Source: Eledone cirrhosa (Eukaryota). Taken from it: a stretch of 64,000 nt of DNA. The position numbers and the translations under genes were made by a program. The DNA lies in contig OZ024742.1 of the NCBI GenBank assembly GCA_964016885.1, forward strand, positions 327,050,001 to 327,114,000. Direction: 5' to 3'. Positions within the stretch are counted from its first letter, which is position 1, and each line of letters begins with the position of its first letter. Positions 1-11,665 of the stretch are shown in pieces. A model generated the notes under the pieces. That model did not search any database, was not told the DNA's origin, and was given only the letters and a program-made list of their open reading frames with translations.

Positions 1-102
1 ATGATTTGCTGAACTATCGCTTATAACTATGGCGTCGCAAATTAGAGATTTAACCTGATAAAACAGATATTGTAAGTCTTTCAATGCGAAGTTTGACAAC
101 CG

Positions 103-173
103 ACCTAAGAAGTCTAGTGGTTAGGTTTCCACGCCTTCACTGCGGCAGTTGGGGTATGAATATCACTTGCTAA
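103..173 (+). pseudogene. Decayed tRNA-Glu(TTC)-like pseudogene, slot a of each monomer (also ~1790, 3467, 5103, 6777, 8452, 10098, 11777, 13456)
   Basis: ACCTAAGAAGTCTAGTGGTTAGGTTTCCACG-CCTTCAC-TGCGGCAGTTGGGGTATGAA aligns to the tRNA-Glu consensus of this locus. The A-box core is kept; the T-loop/B box and acceptor stem are destroyed. Confidence 0.8.
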
Positions 174-573
174 AAAAGCTGTGAAAAGATGGCGAGAAGT
201 GGGTGAAATTTTCTTCACATTTCCGTTGAGAACAAAGTTCAAGAGTACCTGGGTTTGTGGTCGTAGAATTGAGGTTCGCATTAGAAAAGGTGTCGCGATA
301 TATGGCATCACAGATGAAATTATAGTTTACTTGCTAAAGCAGGTAAACTATAATTTCATCTGGGTTATTACCAGCGGCGAGTACGAGAAGAAATACCCCA
401 CTGTCACCAAGGGAGGTAAATAGCAATCAATAGCACTCCCACTGCCTTTCTATAATACATGTTCGAATTTAGGAAATTTTAATATGATATGTCCATTTCG
501 AAATCATGTTTTCTGGTAAATTTAAAACTTAATGAGACTTGATGGAAATAAAACAATAGGAAAAAAAAGATAT

Positions 574-645
574 TTCCCAAGCGGGGAATCGAACCCCGGC
601 CGCCGCGGTGAGAGCGCGGAATCCTAACCACCAGACCACTTGGGA
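574..645 (-). tRNA. tRNA-Glu(CTC), A14G variant (slot b)
   Basis: 72-nt cloverleaf with all stems paired, anticodon CTC and a downstream oligo-T. TCTGGTGG replaces TCTAGTGG (invariant A14 changed), so function is uncertain. Confidence 0.7.
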
Positions 646-976
646 CAACTGTGTACAAGCGGCTGAACGATAGCTTCTAACTATATTAGTATATGTGAAT
701 CGATTTGAATCGATCACTTTAACAATTCGACAGAAAAGTTTAAATTCAATCAGCAAACTTGATTTGGAAATAGACAAAACACCTCAATATATTCTACATT
801 GGAGGATGTAACATTGAAAGGTCATTTAGTAATAGAAATGACACTATAAACAGCCAGCGACATCTACTACATCAGCCATACCTCTACGTAGGGTTCCTTC
901 ATTAGAAGTGATGTCAAAGTGATTCACATTTGCCAATTTAGTTATAAGCCGTTGCTCAGCTTGCCTTGCTCAGGTA

Positions 977-1048
977 TCCCAAGTAGTCTAGTGGTTAGGA
1001 TTCCGCGCTCTCACCGCGGCGGCCGGGGTTCGATTCCCCGATTGGGAA
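977..1048 (+). tRNA. tRNA-Glu(CTC), G7:A66 mismatch variant (slot c)
   Basis: Cloverleaf with intact A/B boxes, anticodon CTC and T-run terminator; one acceptor-stem mismatch. Confidence 0.72.
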
Positions 1049-1607
1049 ACTACTCCTTTTTTTTTTCTTTTTTTTCTTGTTTTATTTGCATCAAGTCTCC
1101 TTGCTCTGCCAACCAGGAATCTAGAGAATTATGTATTATTTATTTCAGTACATTTCAAATGTTCAGAAAATGTTCATTGTGACTGATGGGAAAAAATGGT
1201 GAAAGATGTTTGACGGGAATTTATATTTTATCCGCACTCCGCTGACAAGTTGTTGAGATTGTTGTGGTAGCGGTCGGCTGTACCTAGGTATTGTGGTCCT
1301 GGCGTTGAGGTTCGCATTATATGGCGTTCCAGATGAAAGACTTAATCTGCTAAAGAAGATAAACTATAGTCCCATCTGAGAGTTTAGCAGTAGCGAGCTC
1401 GAGACGAAAGATCCTATTGTCGTTAAGAGAGGAGAATCGCTATGAGTAACTACCCTGCTGCCTTTCAATAATACATCTTCAATTTGAGAAGATTTTAATA
1501 TGATATGTCCACTTCGAAACCATGTTTACTGTTACATTTAAAACTTAACGGAACTTGATGCAAAAAAAAACAATAAGAAAAAAAAAAAAAATCTGAAAAT
1601 AAAGGTA

Positions 1608-1678
1608 TACCCAAGCGAGGAATCGAACCCCGGCCGCCGCAGTGAGATGCGGGATCCTAACCACTAGACTACTTTGGA
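1608..1678 (-). pseudogene. tRNA-Glu-derived variant with 6-nt anticodon loop TCTCAC (slot d)
   Basis: 71 nt; anticodon arm CCGCA-TCTCAC-TGCGG; A/B boxes intact; T1:T72 mismatch plus one further acceptor mismatch in this copy. Confidence 0.8.
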
Positions 1679-2260
1679 CAACTGGAAATTATTTGCTGAA
1701 CTATGGCTTATAATTATGGCGTCGCAAATGTGAGACTTAACCTGATAAAACAGATATTGTAAGCCTTTCGATGCGAAGTTTGACAACCGACCTAAGAAGT
1801 CTAGTGGTTAGCTTTCCACGCCTTCACTGCGGCAGTTGGGGTATGAATATGACTTGCTAAAACAGCTGGGAAAAGATAGCGAGAAATGGGTCAAAGCTCC
1901 TCAATTTTTCAGTTGAGAACAAAGCTCAAGGGTACCTGGGTGTGTGGTCGTAGAATTGAGGTACGCATTAGAAAAGGTGTCGCGATATATGGCATCACAG
2001 ATGAAATTATAGTTTACTTGCTAAAGCAGGTAAACTATAATTTCATCTGGGTTATTACCACCGGCGAGTACGAGAAGAAATACCCCACTGTCACCAAGGG
2101 AGGTAAATAGCAATCAATAGCTCTCCCACTGCCTTTCTATAATACATGTTCGAATTTAGGAAATTTTAATATGATATGTCCATTTCGAAATCATGTTTTC
2201 TGGTAAATTTAAAACTTAATGAGACTTGATGGAAATAAAACAATAGGAAAAAAAAGATAT

Positions 2261-2332
2261 TTCCCAAGCGGGGAATCGAACCCCGGCCGCCGCGGTGAGA
2301 GCGCGGAATCCTAACCACTAGACCACTTGGGA
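2261..2332 (-). tRNA. tRNA-Glu(CTC), canonical
   Basis: TCCCAAG TG GTCT AGTGGTTA GGAT T CCGCG CTCTCAC CGCGG CGGC CGGGG TTCGATT CCCCG CTTGGGA A; all stems pair; oligo-T downstream. Confidence 0.93.
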
Positions 2333-2663
2333 CAACTGTGTACAAGCGGCTGAAGTATAGCTTCTAACTAAATTAGTAAATGTGAATCGATTTGAATCGA
2401 TCACTTTAACAATTCGACAGAAAAGCTTAAATTCAATCAGCAAACTTGATTTCGAAATAGGCAAAACACCTCAATATATTCTACATTGGAGGATGTAACA
2501 TTGAAAGGTCATTTAGTAATAGAAATGACACTATAAACAGCCAGCGACATCTACTACATCAGCCATACCTCTACGTAGGGTTCCTTCATTAGAAGTGATG
2601 TCAAAGTGATTCACATTTGCCAATTTAGTTATAAGCCGTTGCTCAGCTTGCCTTGCTCAGGTA

Positions 2664-2735
2664 TCCCAAGTAGTCTAGTGGTTAGGATTCCGCGCTCTCA
2701 CCGCGGCGGCCGGGGTTCGATTCCCCGCTTGGGAA
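2664..2735 (+). tRNA. tRNA-Glu(CTC), canonical
   Basis: Complete 72-nt cloverleaf (A9 variant), A/B boxes intact, T-run 5 nt downstream. Confidence 0.93.
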
Positions 2736-3284
2736 ATAGCTTTTTTTTTCCTATTGTTTTATTTCCATCAAGTCTCCTTGCTCTGCCAACCAGGAATCTC
2801 GAGAATTATGTATTATTTATTTCAGTACATTTCAAATGTTCAGAAAATGTTCATTGTGACAGATGGGAAAAAATGGTGAAAGATGTTTGACGGGAATTTA
2901 TATTTTATCCGCACTCCGCTGACAAGATGTTGAAATTGTTGTGGTGGCCGTCGGCTGTACCTAGGTATTGTGGTCCTGGCGTTGAGGTTCGCATTATATG
3001 GCGTTCCAGATGAAAGACTTAATCTGCTAAAGAAGATAAACTATAGTCCCATCTGAGAGTTTAGCAGTAGCGAGCTCGAGACGAAAGATCCTATTGTCGT
3101 TAAGAGAGGAGAAGCGCTACGAGTAACTACCCTGCTGCCTTTCAATAATACATCTTCAAATTTAGAAGATTTTAATATGATATGTCCATTTCGAAACCAT
3201 GTTTGCTGGCAGATTTAAAACTTAACGGAACTTGATGCAAAAAAAAACAATAAGGAAAAAAAAAAAAATTAAAAAATAAAGGTA

Positions 3285-3355
3285 TACCCAAGCGAGGAAT
3301 CGAACCCCGGCCGCCGCAGTGAGATGCGGGATCCTAACCACTAGACTACTTGGGA
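3285..3355 (-). pseudogene. tRNA-Glu-derived variant, 6-nt loop TCTCAC (slot d)
   Basis: CCGCA-TCTCAC-TGCGG arm, T1:T72 mismatch, A/B boxes intact. Confidence 0.8.
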
Positions 3356-3903
3356 CTACTGGAAATGATTTGCTGAACTATCGCTTATAACTATGGCGTC
3401 GCAAATTAGAGATTTAACCTGATAAAACAGATATTGAAAGTCTTTCAATGCGAAATTTGACAACCGACCTAAGAAGTCTAGTGGTTAGGTTTCCACGCCT
3501 TCACTGCGGCAGTTGGGGTATGAATATCACGTACTAAAAAAGCTGGGAAAAGATGGCGAGAAGTGGTGTAAAATTTCTTCACATTTCCGTTGAGAACAAA
3601 GCTCAAGAGTACCTGGGTTTGTATTCGTAGAATTGAGGTACGCATTAGAAAAGGTGTCGCGATATATGGCATCACAGATGAAACTATAGTTTACCTGCTA
3701 AAGCACGTAAACTATAATTTCATCTGGGATATTACCATCGGCGAGTTCGAGAAGAAACACCCACTGTCACCAGTAAATTGCAATCAACAGCTCTGTTCAA
3801 ATTTAGGAAATTTGAATATATGTCCATTTCGAAATCATGTTTTTTGGTAGATTTCAAACTTAACGAGACTTGATGGAAATAAAACAATAGGAAAAAATGA
3901 TAT

Positions 3904-3966
3904 TTCCCAACCGGGGAAACGAACCCCGGCCGCCGCGCGGAATCCTAACCACCAGACCACTTGGGA
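3904..3966 (-). pseudogene. tRNA-Glu copy with the anticodon loop deleted (63 nt)
   Basis: Anticodon arm reduced to CCGCGCGG (9-nt deletion); T-loop TTCGTTT; G14; G66. Confidence 0.88.
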
Positions 3967-4297
3967 CAACTGAGTACAAGCGGCTGAACGATAGCTTCTA
4001 ACTATAGTATTATATGTGAATCGATTTGAATCGATCACTTTAACAATTCGACAGAAAAGTTTAAATTCAATCAGCAAACTTGATTTGGAAATAGACAAAA
4101 CACCTCAATATTTTCTACATTGGAGGATGTAACATTGAAAGGTCATTTAGTAATAGAATTGACCCTATAAACAGCCAGCGACATCTACTACATCAGCCAT
4201 ACCTCTACGTAGGGTTCCTTCATTAGAAGTGATGTCAAAGTGATTCACATTTGCCAATTTAGTTATAAGCCGTTGCTCAGCTTGCATTGCTCAGGTA

Positions 4298-4369
4298 TCC
4301 CAAGTAGTCTAGTGGTTAGGATTCCGCGCTCTCACCGCGGCGGCCGGGGTTCGATTCCCCGATTGGGAA
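4298..4369 (+). tRNA. tRNA-Glu(CTC), G7:A66 mismatch variant
   Basis: Identical to the 977-1048 copy. Confidence 0.72.
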
Positions 4370-4920
4370 ACTACTCCTTTTTTTTTTTCTTGTTTTATTT
4401 GCATCAAGTCTCCTTGCTCTGCCAACCAGGAATCTAGAGAATTATGTATTATTTATTTCAGTACATTTCAAATGTTCAGAAAATGTTCATTGTGACTGAT
4501 GGGAAAAAATGGTGAAAGATGTTTGACGGGAATTTATATTTTATCCGCACTCCGCTGACAAGTTGTTGAGATTGTTGTGGTAGCGGTCGGCTGTACCTAG
4601 GTATTGTGGTCCTGGCGTTGAGGTTCGCATTATATGGCGTTCCAGATGAAAGACTTAATCTGCTAAAGAAGATAAACTATAGTCCCATCTGAGAGTTTAG
4701 CAGTAGCGAGCTCGAGACGAAAGATCCTATTGTCGTTAAGAGAGGAGAATCGCTATGAGTAACTGCCCTGCTGCCTTTCAATAATACATCTTCAATTTGA
4801 GAAGATTTTAATATGATATGTCCATTTCGAAACCATGTTTACTGTTACATTTAAAACTTAACGGAACTTGATGCAAAAAAAAACAATAAGAAAAAAAAAA
4901 AAAATCTGAAAATAAAGGTA

Positions 4921-4991
4921 TACCCAAGCGAGGAATCGAACCCCGGCCGCCGCAGTGAGATGCGGGATCCTAACCACTAGACTACTTGGGA
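4921..4991 (-). pseudogene. tRNA-Glu-derived variant, 6-nt loop TCTCAC (slot d)
   Basis: As 3285-3355. Confidence 0.8.
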
Positions 4992-5573
4992 CAACTGGAA
5001 ATAATTTGCTGAACTATGGCTTATAATTATGGCGTCGCAAATGTGAGACTTAACCTGATAAAACAGATATTGTAAGCCTTTCGATGCGAAGTTTGACAAC
5101 CGACCTAAGAAGTCTAGTGGTTAGCTTTCCACGCCTTCACTGCGGCAGTTGGGGTATGAATATGACTTGCTAAAACAGCTGGGAAAAGATAGCGAGAAAT
5201 GGGTCAAAGCTCCTCAATTTTTCAGTTGAGAACAAAGCTCAAGGGTACCTGGGTGTGTGGTCGTAGAATTGAGGTACGCATTAGAAAAGGTGTCGCGATA
5301 TATGGCATCACAGATGAAATTATAGTTTACTTGCTAAAGCAGGTAAACTATAATTTCATCTGGGTTATTACCACCGGCGAGTACGAGAAGAAATACCCCA
5401 CTGTCACCAAGGGAGGTAAATAGCAATCAATAGCTCTCCCACTGCCTTTCTATAATACATGTTCGAATTTAGGAAATTTTAATATGATATGTCCATTTCG
5501 AAATCATGTTTTCTGGTAAATTTAAAACTTAATGAGACTTGATGGAAATAAAACAATAGGAAAAAAAAGATAT

Positions 5574-5645
5574 TTCCCAAGCGGGGAATCGAACCCCGGC
5601 CGCCGCGGTGAGAGCGCGGAATCCTAACCACTAGACCACTTGGGA
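5574..5645 (-). tRNA. tRNA-Glu(CTC), canonical
   Basis: Identical to 2261-2332. Confidence 0.93.
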
Positions 5646-5977
5646 CAACTGTGTACAAGCGGCTGAAGTATAGCTTCTAACTAAATTAGTAAATGTGAAT
5701 CGATTTGAATCGATCACTTTAACAATTCGACAGAAAAGTTTAAATTCAATCAGCAAACTTGATTTCGAAATAGGCAAAACACCTCAATATATTCTACATT
5801 GGAGGATGTAACATTGAAAGGTCATTTAGTAATAGAATTGACACTATAAACAGCCAACGACATCTACTACATCAGCCATACCTCCTACGTAGGGTTCCTT
5901 CATTAGAAGTGATGTCAAAGTGATTCACATTTGCCAATTTAGTTATAAGACGTTGTTCAGCTTGTCATGTTCAGGTG

Positions 5978-6049
5978 TCCCAAGTAGTCTAGTGGTTAGG
6001 ATTCCGCGCTCTCACCGCGGCGGCCGGGGTTCGATTCCCCGCTTGGGAA
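5978..6049 (+). tRNA. tRNA-Glu(CTC), canonical
   Basis: Identical to 2664-2735; oligo-T downstream. Confidence 0.93.
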
Positions 6050-6594
6050 ATATCTTTTTTTTTCCTATTGTTTTATTTGCATAAAGTCTCCTTGCTCTGC
6101 CAACCAGGAATCTAGAGAATTATGTATTATTTATTTCAGGACATTTCAAATGTTCAGAAATACATTTATTAAATCATTGTGACAGATGGGGAAAAAAGGT
6201 GAAAGATGTTTCACAGGAATTTATATTTTGTCCGCACTCCGCGGACAAAATGTTGAGATTGTTGTGGTGGCGGTCGGCTGTACCTAGTTATGTGGTCCTG
6301 GCTTGGAGGTTGCATTATATGGCGTTCCAGATGAAAGACTTGATCTGCTAAAGAAGATAAACTATAGTCCCATCTGAGAGTTTAGCAGTAGCGAGCTCGA
6401 GACGAAAGATCCTATTGTCGTTAAGAGAGGAGAATCGCTATGAGTAACTACCCTGCTGCCTTTCAATAATACATCTTCAAATTTAGAAGATTTTAATATG
6501 ATATGTCCATTTCGAAACCATGTTTGCTGGTACATTTAAAGCTTAACGGAACTTGATACAAAAAAACAATAAGGAAAAAAATAAAACAAAAGTA

Positions 6595-6665
6595 TACCCA
6601 AGCGAGGAATCGAACCCCGGCCGCCGCAGTGAAATGCGGGATCCTAACCACTAGACTACTTGGGA
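6595..6665 (-). pseudogene. tRNA-Glu-derived variant, 6-nt loop TTTCAC (slot d)
   Basis: Plus strand reads ccgcagtgaaatgcgg, i.e. CCGCA-TTTCAC-TGCGG on the minus strand. Confidence 0.8.
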
Positions 6666-7247
6666 CAACTGGAAATGATTTGCTGAACTATCGCTTATAA
6701 CTATGGCGTCGCAAATTAGAGATTTAACCTGATAAAACAGATATTGTAAGTCTTTCAATGCGAAGTTTATCAACCGACCTAAGAAGTCTAGTGGTTAGGT
6801 TTCCACGCCTTCACTGCGGCAGTTGGGGTATGAATATCACTTGCTAAAAAAGCTGTGAAAAGATGGCGAGAAGTGGGTGAAATTTTCTTCACATTTCCGT
6901 TGAGAACAAAGTTCAAGAGTACCTGGGTTTGTGGTCGTAGAATTGAGGTTCGCATTAGAAAAGGTGTCGCGATATATGGCATCACAGATGAAATTATAGT
7001 TTACTTGCTAAAGCAGGTAAACTATAATTTCATCTGGGTTATTACCAGCGGCGAGTACGAGAAGAAATACCCCACTGTCACCAAGGGAGGTAAATAGCAA
7101 TCAATAGCACCCCCACTGCCTTTCTATAATACATGTTCGAATTTAGGAAATTTTAATATGATATGTCCATTTCGAAATCATGTTTTCTGGTAAATTTAAA
7201 ACTTAATGAGACTTGATGGAAATAAAACAATAGGAAAAAAAAGATAT

Positions 7248-7319
7248 TTCCCAAGCGGGGAATCGAACCCCGGCCGCCGCGGTGAGAGCGCGGAATCCTA
7301 ACCACCAGACCACTTGGGA
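7248..7319 (-). tRNA. tRNA-Glu(CTC), A14G variant
   Basis: Identical to 574-645. Confidence 0.7.
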
Positions 7320-7650
7320 CAACTGTGTACAAGCGGCAGAACGATAGCTTCTAACTATATTAGTATATGTGAATCGATTTGAATCGATCACTTTAACAAT
7401 TCGACAGAAAAGTTTAAATTCAATCAGCAAACTTGATTTGGAAATAGACAAAACACCTCAATATATTCTACATTGGAGGATGTAACATTGAAAGGTCATT
7501 TAGTAATAGAAATGACACTATAAACAGCCAGCGACATCTACTACATCAGCCATACCTCTACGTAGGGTTCCTTCATTAGAAGTGATGTGAAAGTGATTCA
7601 CATTTGCCAATTTAGTTATAAGCCGTTGCTCAGCTTGCCTTGCTCAGGTA

Positions 7651-7722
7651 TCCCAAGTAGTCTAGTGGTTAGGATTCCGCGCTCTCACCGCGGCGGCCGG
7701 GGTTCGATTCCCCGCTTGGGAA
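7651..7722 (+). tRNA. tRNA-Glu(CTC), canonical
   Basis: Complete cloverleaf, A/B boxes, oligo-T. Confidence 0.93.
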
Positions 7723-8269
7723 ATAGCTTTTTTTTCCTATTGTTTTATTTCCATCAAGTCTCCTTGCTCTGCCAACCAGGAATCTCGAGAATTATGTATT
7801 ATTTATTTCAGTACATTTCAAATGTTCAGAAAATGTTCATTGTGACAGATGGGAAAAAATGGTGAAAGATGTTTGACGGGAATTTATATTTTATCCGCAC
7901 TCCGCTGACAAGATGTTGAGATTGTTGTGGTGGCCGTCGGCTGTACCTAGGTATTGTGGTCCTGGCGTTGAGGTTCGCATTATATGGCGTTCCAGATGAA
8001 AGACTTAATCTGCTAAAGAAGATAAACTATAGTCCCATCTGAGAGTTTAGCAGTAGCGAGCTCGAGACGAAAGATCCTATTGTCGTTAAGAGAGGAGAAG
8101 CGCTACGAGTAACTACCCTGCTGCCTTTCAATAATACATCTTCAAATTTAGAAGATTTTAATATGATATGTCCATTTCGAAACCATGTTTGCTGGCAGAT
8201 TTAAAACTTAACGGAACTTGATGCAAAAAAAAACAATAAGGAAAAAAAAAAAAAAATAAAATAAAGGTA

Positions 8270-8340
8270 TACCCAAGCGAGGAATCGAACCCCGGCCGCC
8301 GCAGTGAGATGCGGGATCCTAACCACTAGACTACTTGGGA
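8270..8340 (-). pseudogene. tRNA-Glu-derived variant, 6-nt loop TCTCAC (slot d)
   Basis: As 3285-3355. Confidence 0.8.
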
Positions 8341-8888
8341 CAACTGGAAATGATTTGCTGAACTATCGCTTATAACTATGGCGTCGCAAATTAGAGATTT
8401 AACCTGATAAAACAGATATTGAAAGTCTTTCAATGCGAAATTTGACAACCGACCTAAGAAGTCTAGTGGTTAGGTTTCCACGCCTTCACTGCGGCAGTTG
8501 GGGTATGAATATCACGTGCTAAAAAAGCTGGGAAAAGATGGCGAGAAGTGGTGGAAAATTTCTTCACATTTCCGTTGAGAACAAAGCTCAAGAGTACCTG
8601 GGTTTGTATTCGTAGAATTGAGGTACGCATTAGAAAAGGTGTCGCGATATATGGCATCACAGATGAAACTATAGTTTACCTGCTAAAGCAGGTAAACTAT
8701 AATTTCATCTGTGATATTACCATCGGCGAGTTCGAGAAGAAACACCCACTGCCACCAGTAAATTGCAATCAACAGCTCTGTTCGAATTTAGGAAATTTGA
8801 ATATATGTCCATTTCGAAATCATGTTTTTTGGTAGATTTCAAACTTAACGAGACTTGATGGAAATAAAACAATAGGAAAAAATGATAT

Positions 8889-8951
8889 TTCCCAACCGGG
8901 GAAACGAACCCCGGCCGCCGCGCGGAATCCTAACCACCAGACCACTTGGGA
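8889..8951 (-). pseudogene. tRNA-Glu copy with the anticodon loop deleted (63 nt)
   Basis: Identical to 3904-3966. Confidence 0.88.
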
Positions 8952-9282
8952 CAACTGAGTACAAGCGGCTGAACGATAGCTTCTAACTATAGTATTATAT
9001 GTGAATCGATTTGAATCGATCACTTTAACAATTCGACAGAAAAGTTTAAATTCAATCAGCAAACTTGATTTGGAAATAGACAAAACACCTCAATATATTC
9101 TACATTGGAGGATGTAACATTGAAAGGTCATTTAGTAATAGAATTGACCCTATAAACAGCCAGCGACATCTACTACATCAGCCATACCTCTACGTAGGGT
9201 TCCTTCATTAGAAGTGATGTCAAAGTGATTCACATTTGCCAATTTAGTTATAAGCCGTTGCTCAGCTTGCCTTGCTCAGGGA

Positions 9283-9354
9283 TCCTAAGTAGTCTAGTGG
9301 TTAGGATTCCGCGCTCTCACCGCGGCGGCCGGGGTTCGATTCCCCGATTGGGAA
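9283..9354 (+). tRNA. tRNA-Glu(CTC) variant (T4:G69 wobble, G7:A66 mismatch)
   Basis: TCCTAAG...ATTGGGAA; anticodon and T arms intact. Confidence 0.6.
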
Positions 9355-9915
9355 ACTTCTCCTTTTTTTTTTTTCTTTTTTTTCTTGTTTTATTTGCATC
9401 AAGTCTCCTTGCTCTGCCAACCAGGAATCTAGAGAATTATGTATTATTTATTTCAGTACATTTCAAATGTTCAGAAAATGTTCATTGTGACTGATGGGAA
9501 AAAATGGTGAAAGATGTTTGACGGGAATTTATATTTTATCCGCACTCCGCTGACAAGTTGTTGAGATTGTTGTGGTAGCGGTCGGCTGTACCTAGGTATT
9601 GTGGTCCTGGCGTTGAGGTTCGCATTATATGGCGTTCCAGATGAAAGACTTAATCTGCTAAAGAAGATAAACTATAGTCCCATCTGAGAGTTTAGCAGTA
9701 GCGAGCTCGAGACGAAAGATCCTATTGTCGTTAAGAGAGGAGAATCGCTATGAGTAACTACCCAGCTGCCTTTCAATAATACATCTTCAAATTTAGAAGA
9801 TTTTAATATGATATGTCCATTTCGAAACCATGTTTTCTGTTACATTTAAAACTTAACGGAACTTGATGCAAAAAAAAACAATAAGAAAAAAAAAAAAAAT
9901 CTGAAAATAAAGGTA

Positions 9916-9986
9916 TACCCAAGCGAGGAATCGAACCCCGGCCGCCGCAGTGAGATGCGGGATCCTAACCACTAGACTACTTGGGA
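9916..9986 (-). pseudogene. tRNA-Glu-derived variant, 6-nt loop TCTCAC (slot d)
   Basis: As 3285-3355. Confidence 0.8.
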
Positions 9987-10565
9987 CAACTGGAAATTAT
10001 TTGCTGAACTATGGCTTATAATTATGGCGTCGCAAATGTGAGACTTAACCTGATAAAACAGATATTGTAAGCCTTTCGATGCGAAGTTTGACAACCGACC
10101 TAAGAAGTCTAGTGGTTAGCTTTCCACGCCTTCACTGCGGCAGTTGGGGTATGAATATGACTTGCTAAAACAGCTGGGAAAAGATAGCGAGAAATGGGTC
10201 AAAGCTCCTCAATTTTTCAGTTGAGAACAAAGCTCAAGGGTACCTGGGTGTGTGGTCGTAGAATTGAGGTACGCATTAGAAAAGGTGTCGCGATATATGG
10301 CATCACAGATGAAATTATAGTTTACTTGCTAAAGCAGGTAAACTATAATTTCATCTGGGTTATTACCACCGGGTACGAGAAGAAATACCCCACTGTTACC
10401 AAGGGAGGTAAATAGCAATCAATAGCACTCCCACTGCCTTTCTATAATACATGTTCGAATTTAGGAAATTTTAATATGATATGTCCATTTCGAAATCATG
10501 TTTTCTGGTAAATTTAAAACTTAATGAGACTTGATGGAAATAAAACAATAGGAAAAAAAAGATAT

Positions 10566-10637
10566 TTCCCAAGCGGGGAATCGAACCCCGGCCGCCGCGG
10601 TGAGAGCGCGGAATCCTAACCACTAGACCACTTGGGA
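10566..10637 (-). tRNA. tRNA-Glu(CTC), canonical
   Basis: Identical to 2261-2332. Confidence 0.93.
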
Positions 10638-10969
10638 CAACTGTGTACAAGCGGCTGAAGTATAGCTTCTAACTAAATTAGTAAATGTGAATCGATTTGA
10701 ATCGATCACTTTAACAATTCGACAGAAAAGTTTAAATTCAATCAGCAAACTTGATTTCGAAATAGGCAAAACACCTCAATATATTCTACATTGGAGGATG
10801 TAACATTGAAAGGTCATTTAGTAATAGAATTGACACTATAAACAGCCAACGACATCTACTACATCAGCCATACCTCCTACGTAGGGTTCCTTCATTAGAA
10901 GTGATGTCAAAGTGATTCACATTTGCCAATTTAGTTATAAGACGTTGGTCAGCTTGTCATGTTCAGGTG

Positions 10970-11041
10970 TCCCAAGTAGTCTAGTGGTTAGGATTCCGCG
11001 CTCTCACCGCGGCGGCCAGGGTCCGATTCCCCGCTTGGGAA
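10970..11041 (+). pseudogene. tRNA-Glu(CTC) pseudogene, B box damaged
   Basis: T arm reads CAGGG TCCGATT (T55C plus a stem mismatch). Confidence 0.75.
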
Positions 11042-11594
11042 ATATCTTTTTTTTTCCTATTGTTTTATTTGCATCAAGTCTCCTTGCTCTGCCAACCAGG
11101 AATCTAGAGAATTATGTATTATTTATTTCAGGACATTTCAAATGTTCAGAAATACATTTATTAAATCATTGTGACAGATGGGGAAAAAAGGTGAAAGATG
11201 TTTCACAGGAATTTATATTTTGTCCGCACTCCGCGGACAAAATGTTGAGATTGTTGTGGTGGCGGTCGGCTGTACCTAGTTATGTGGTCCTGGCTTGGAG
11301 GTTGCATTATATGGCGTTCCAGATGAAAGACTTGATCTGCTAAAGAAGATAAACTATAGTCCCATCTGAGAGTTTAGCAGTAGCGAGCTCGAGACGAAAG
11401 ATCCTATTGTCGTTAAGAGAGGAGAATCGCTATGAGTAACTACCCTGCTGCCTTTCAATAATACATCTTCAAATTTAGAAGATTTTAATATGATATGTCC
11501 ATTTCGAAACCATGTTTGCTGGTACATTTAAAGCTTAACGGAACTTGATGCAAAAAAACAATAAGGAAAAAAATAAAACAAAAAAATAAAGGTA

Positions 11595-11665
11595 TACCCA
11601 AGCGAGGAATCGAACCCCGGCCGCCGCAGTGAAATGCGGGATCCTAACCACTAGACTACTTGGGA
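11595..11665 (-). pseudogene. tRNA-Glu-derived variant, 6-nt loop TTTCAC (slot d)
   Basis: Identical to 6595-6665. Confidence 0.8.

Noticed and set aside
6595-6665. tRNA-Sec call from the TCA triplet in slot-d loops
   Set aside because: No long variable arm or extended acceptor stem; the body is clearly tRNA-Glu and the loop is 6 nt.
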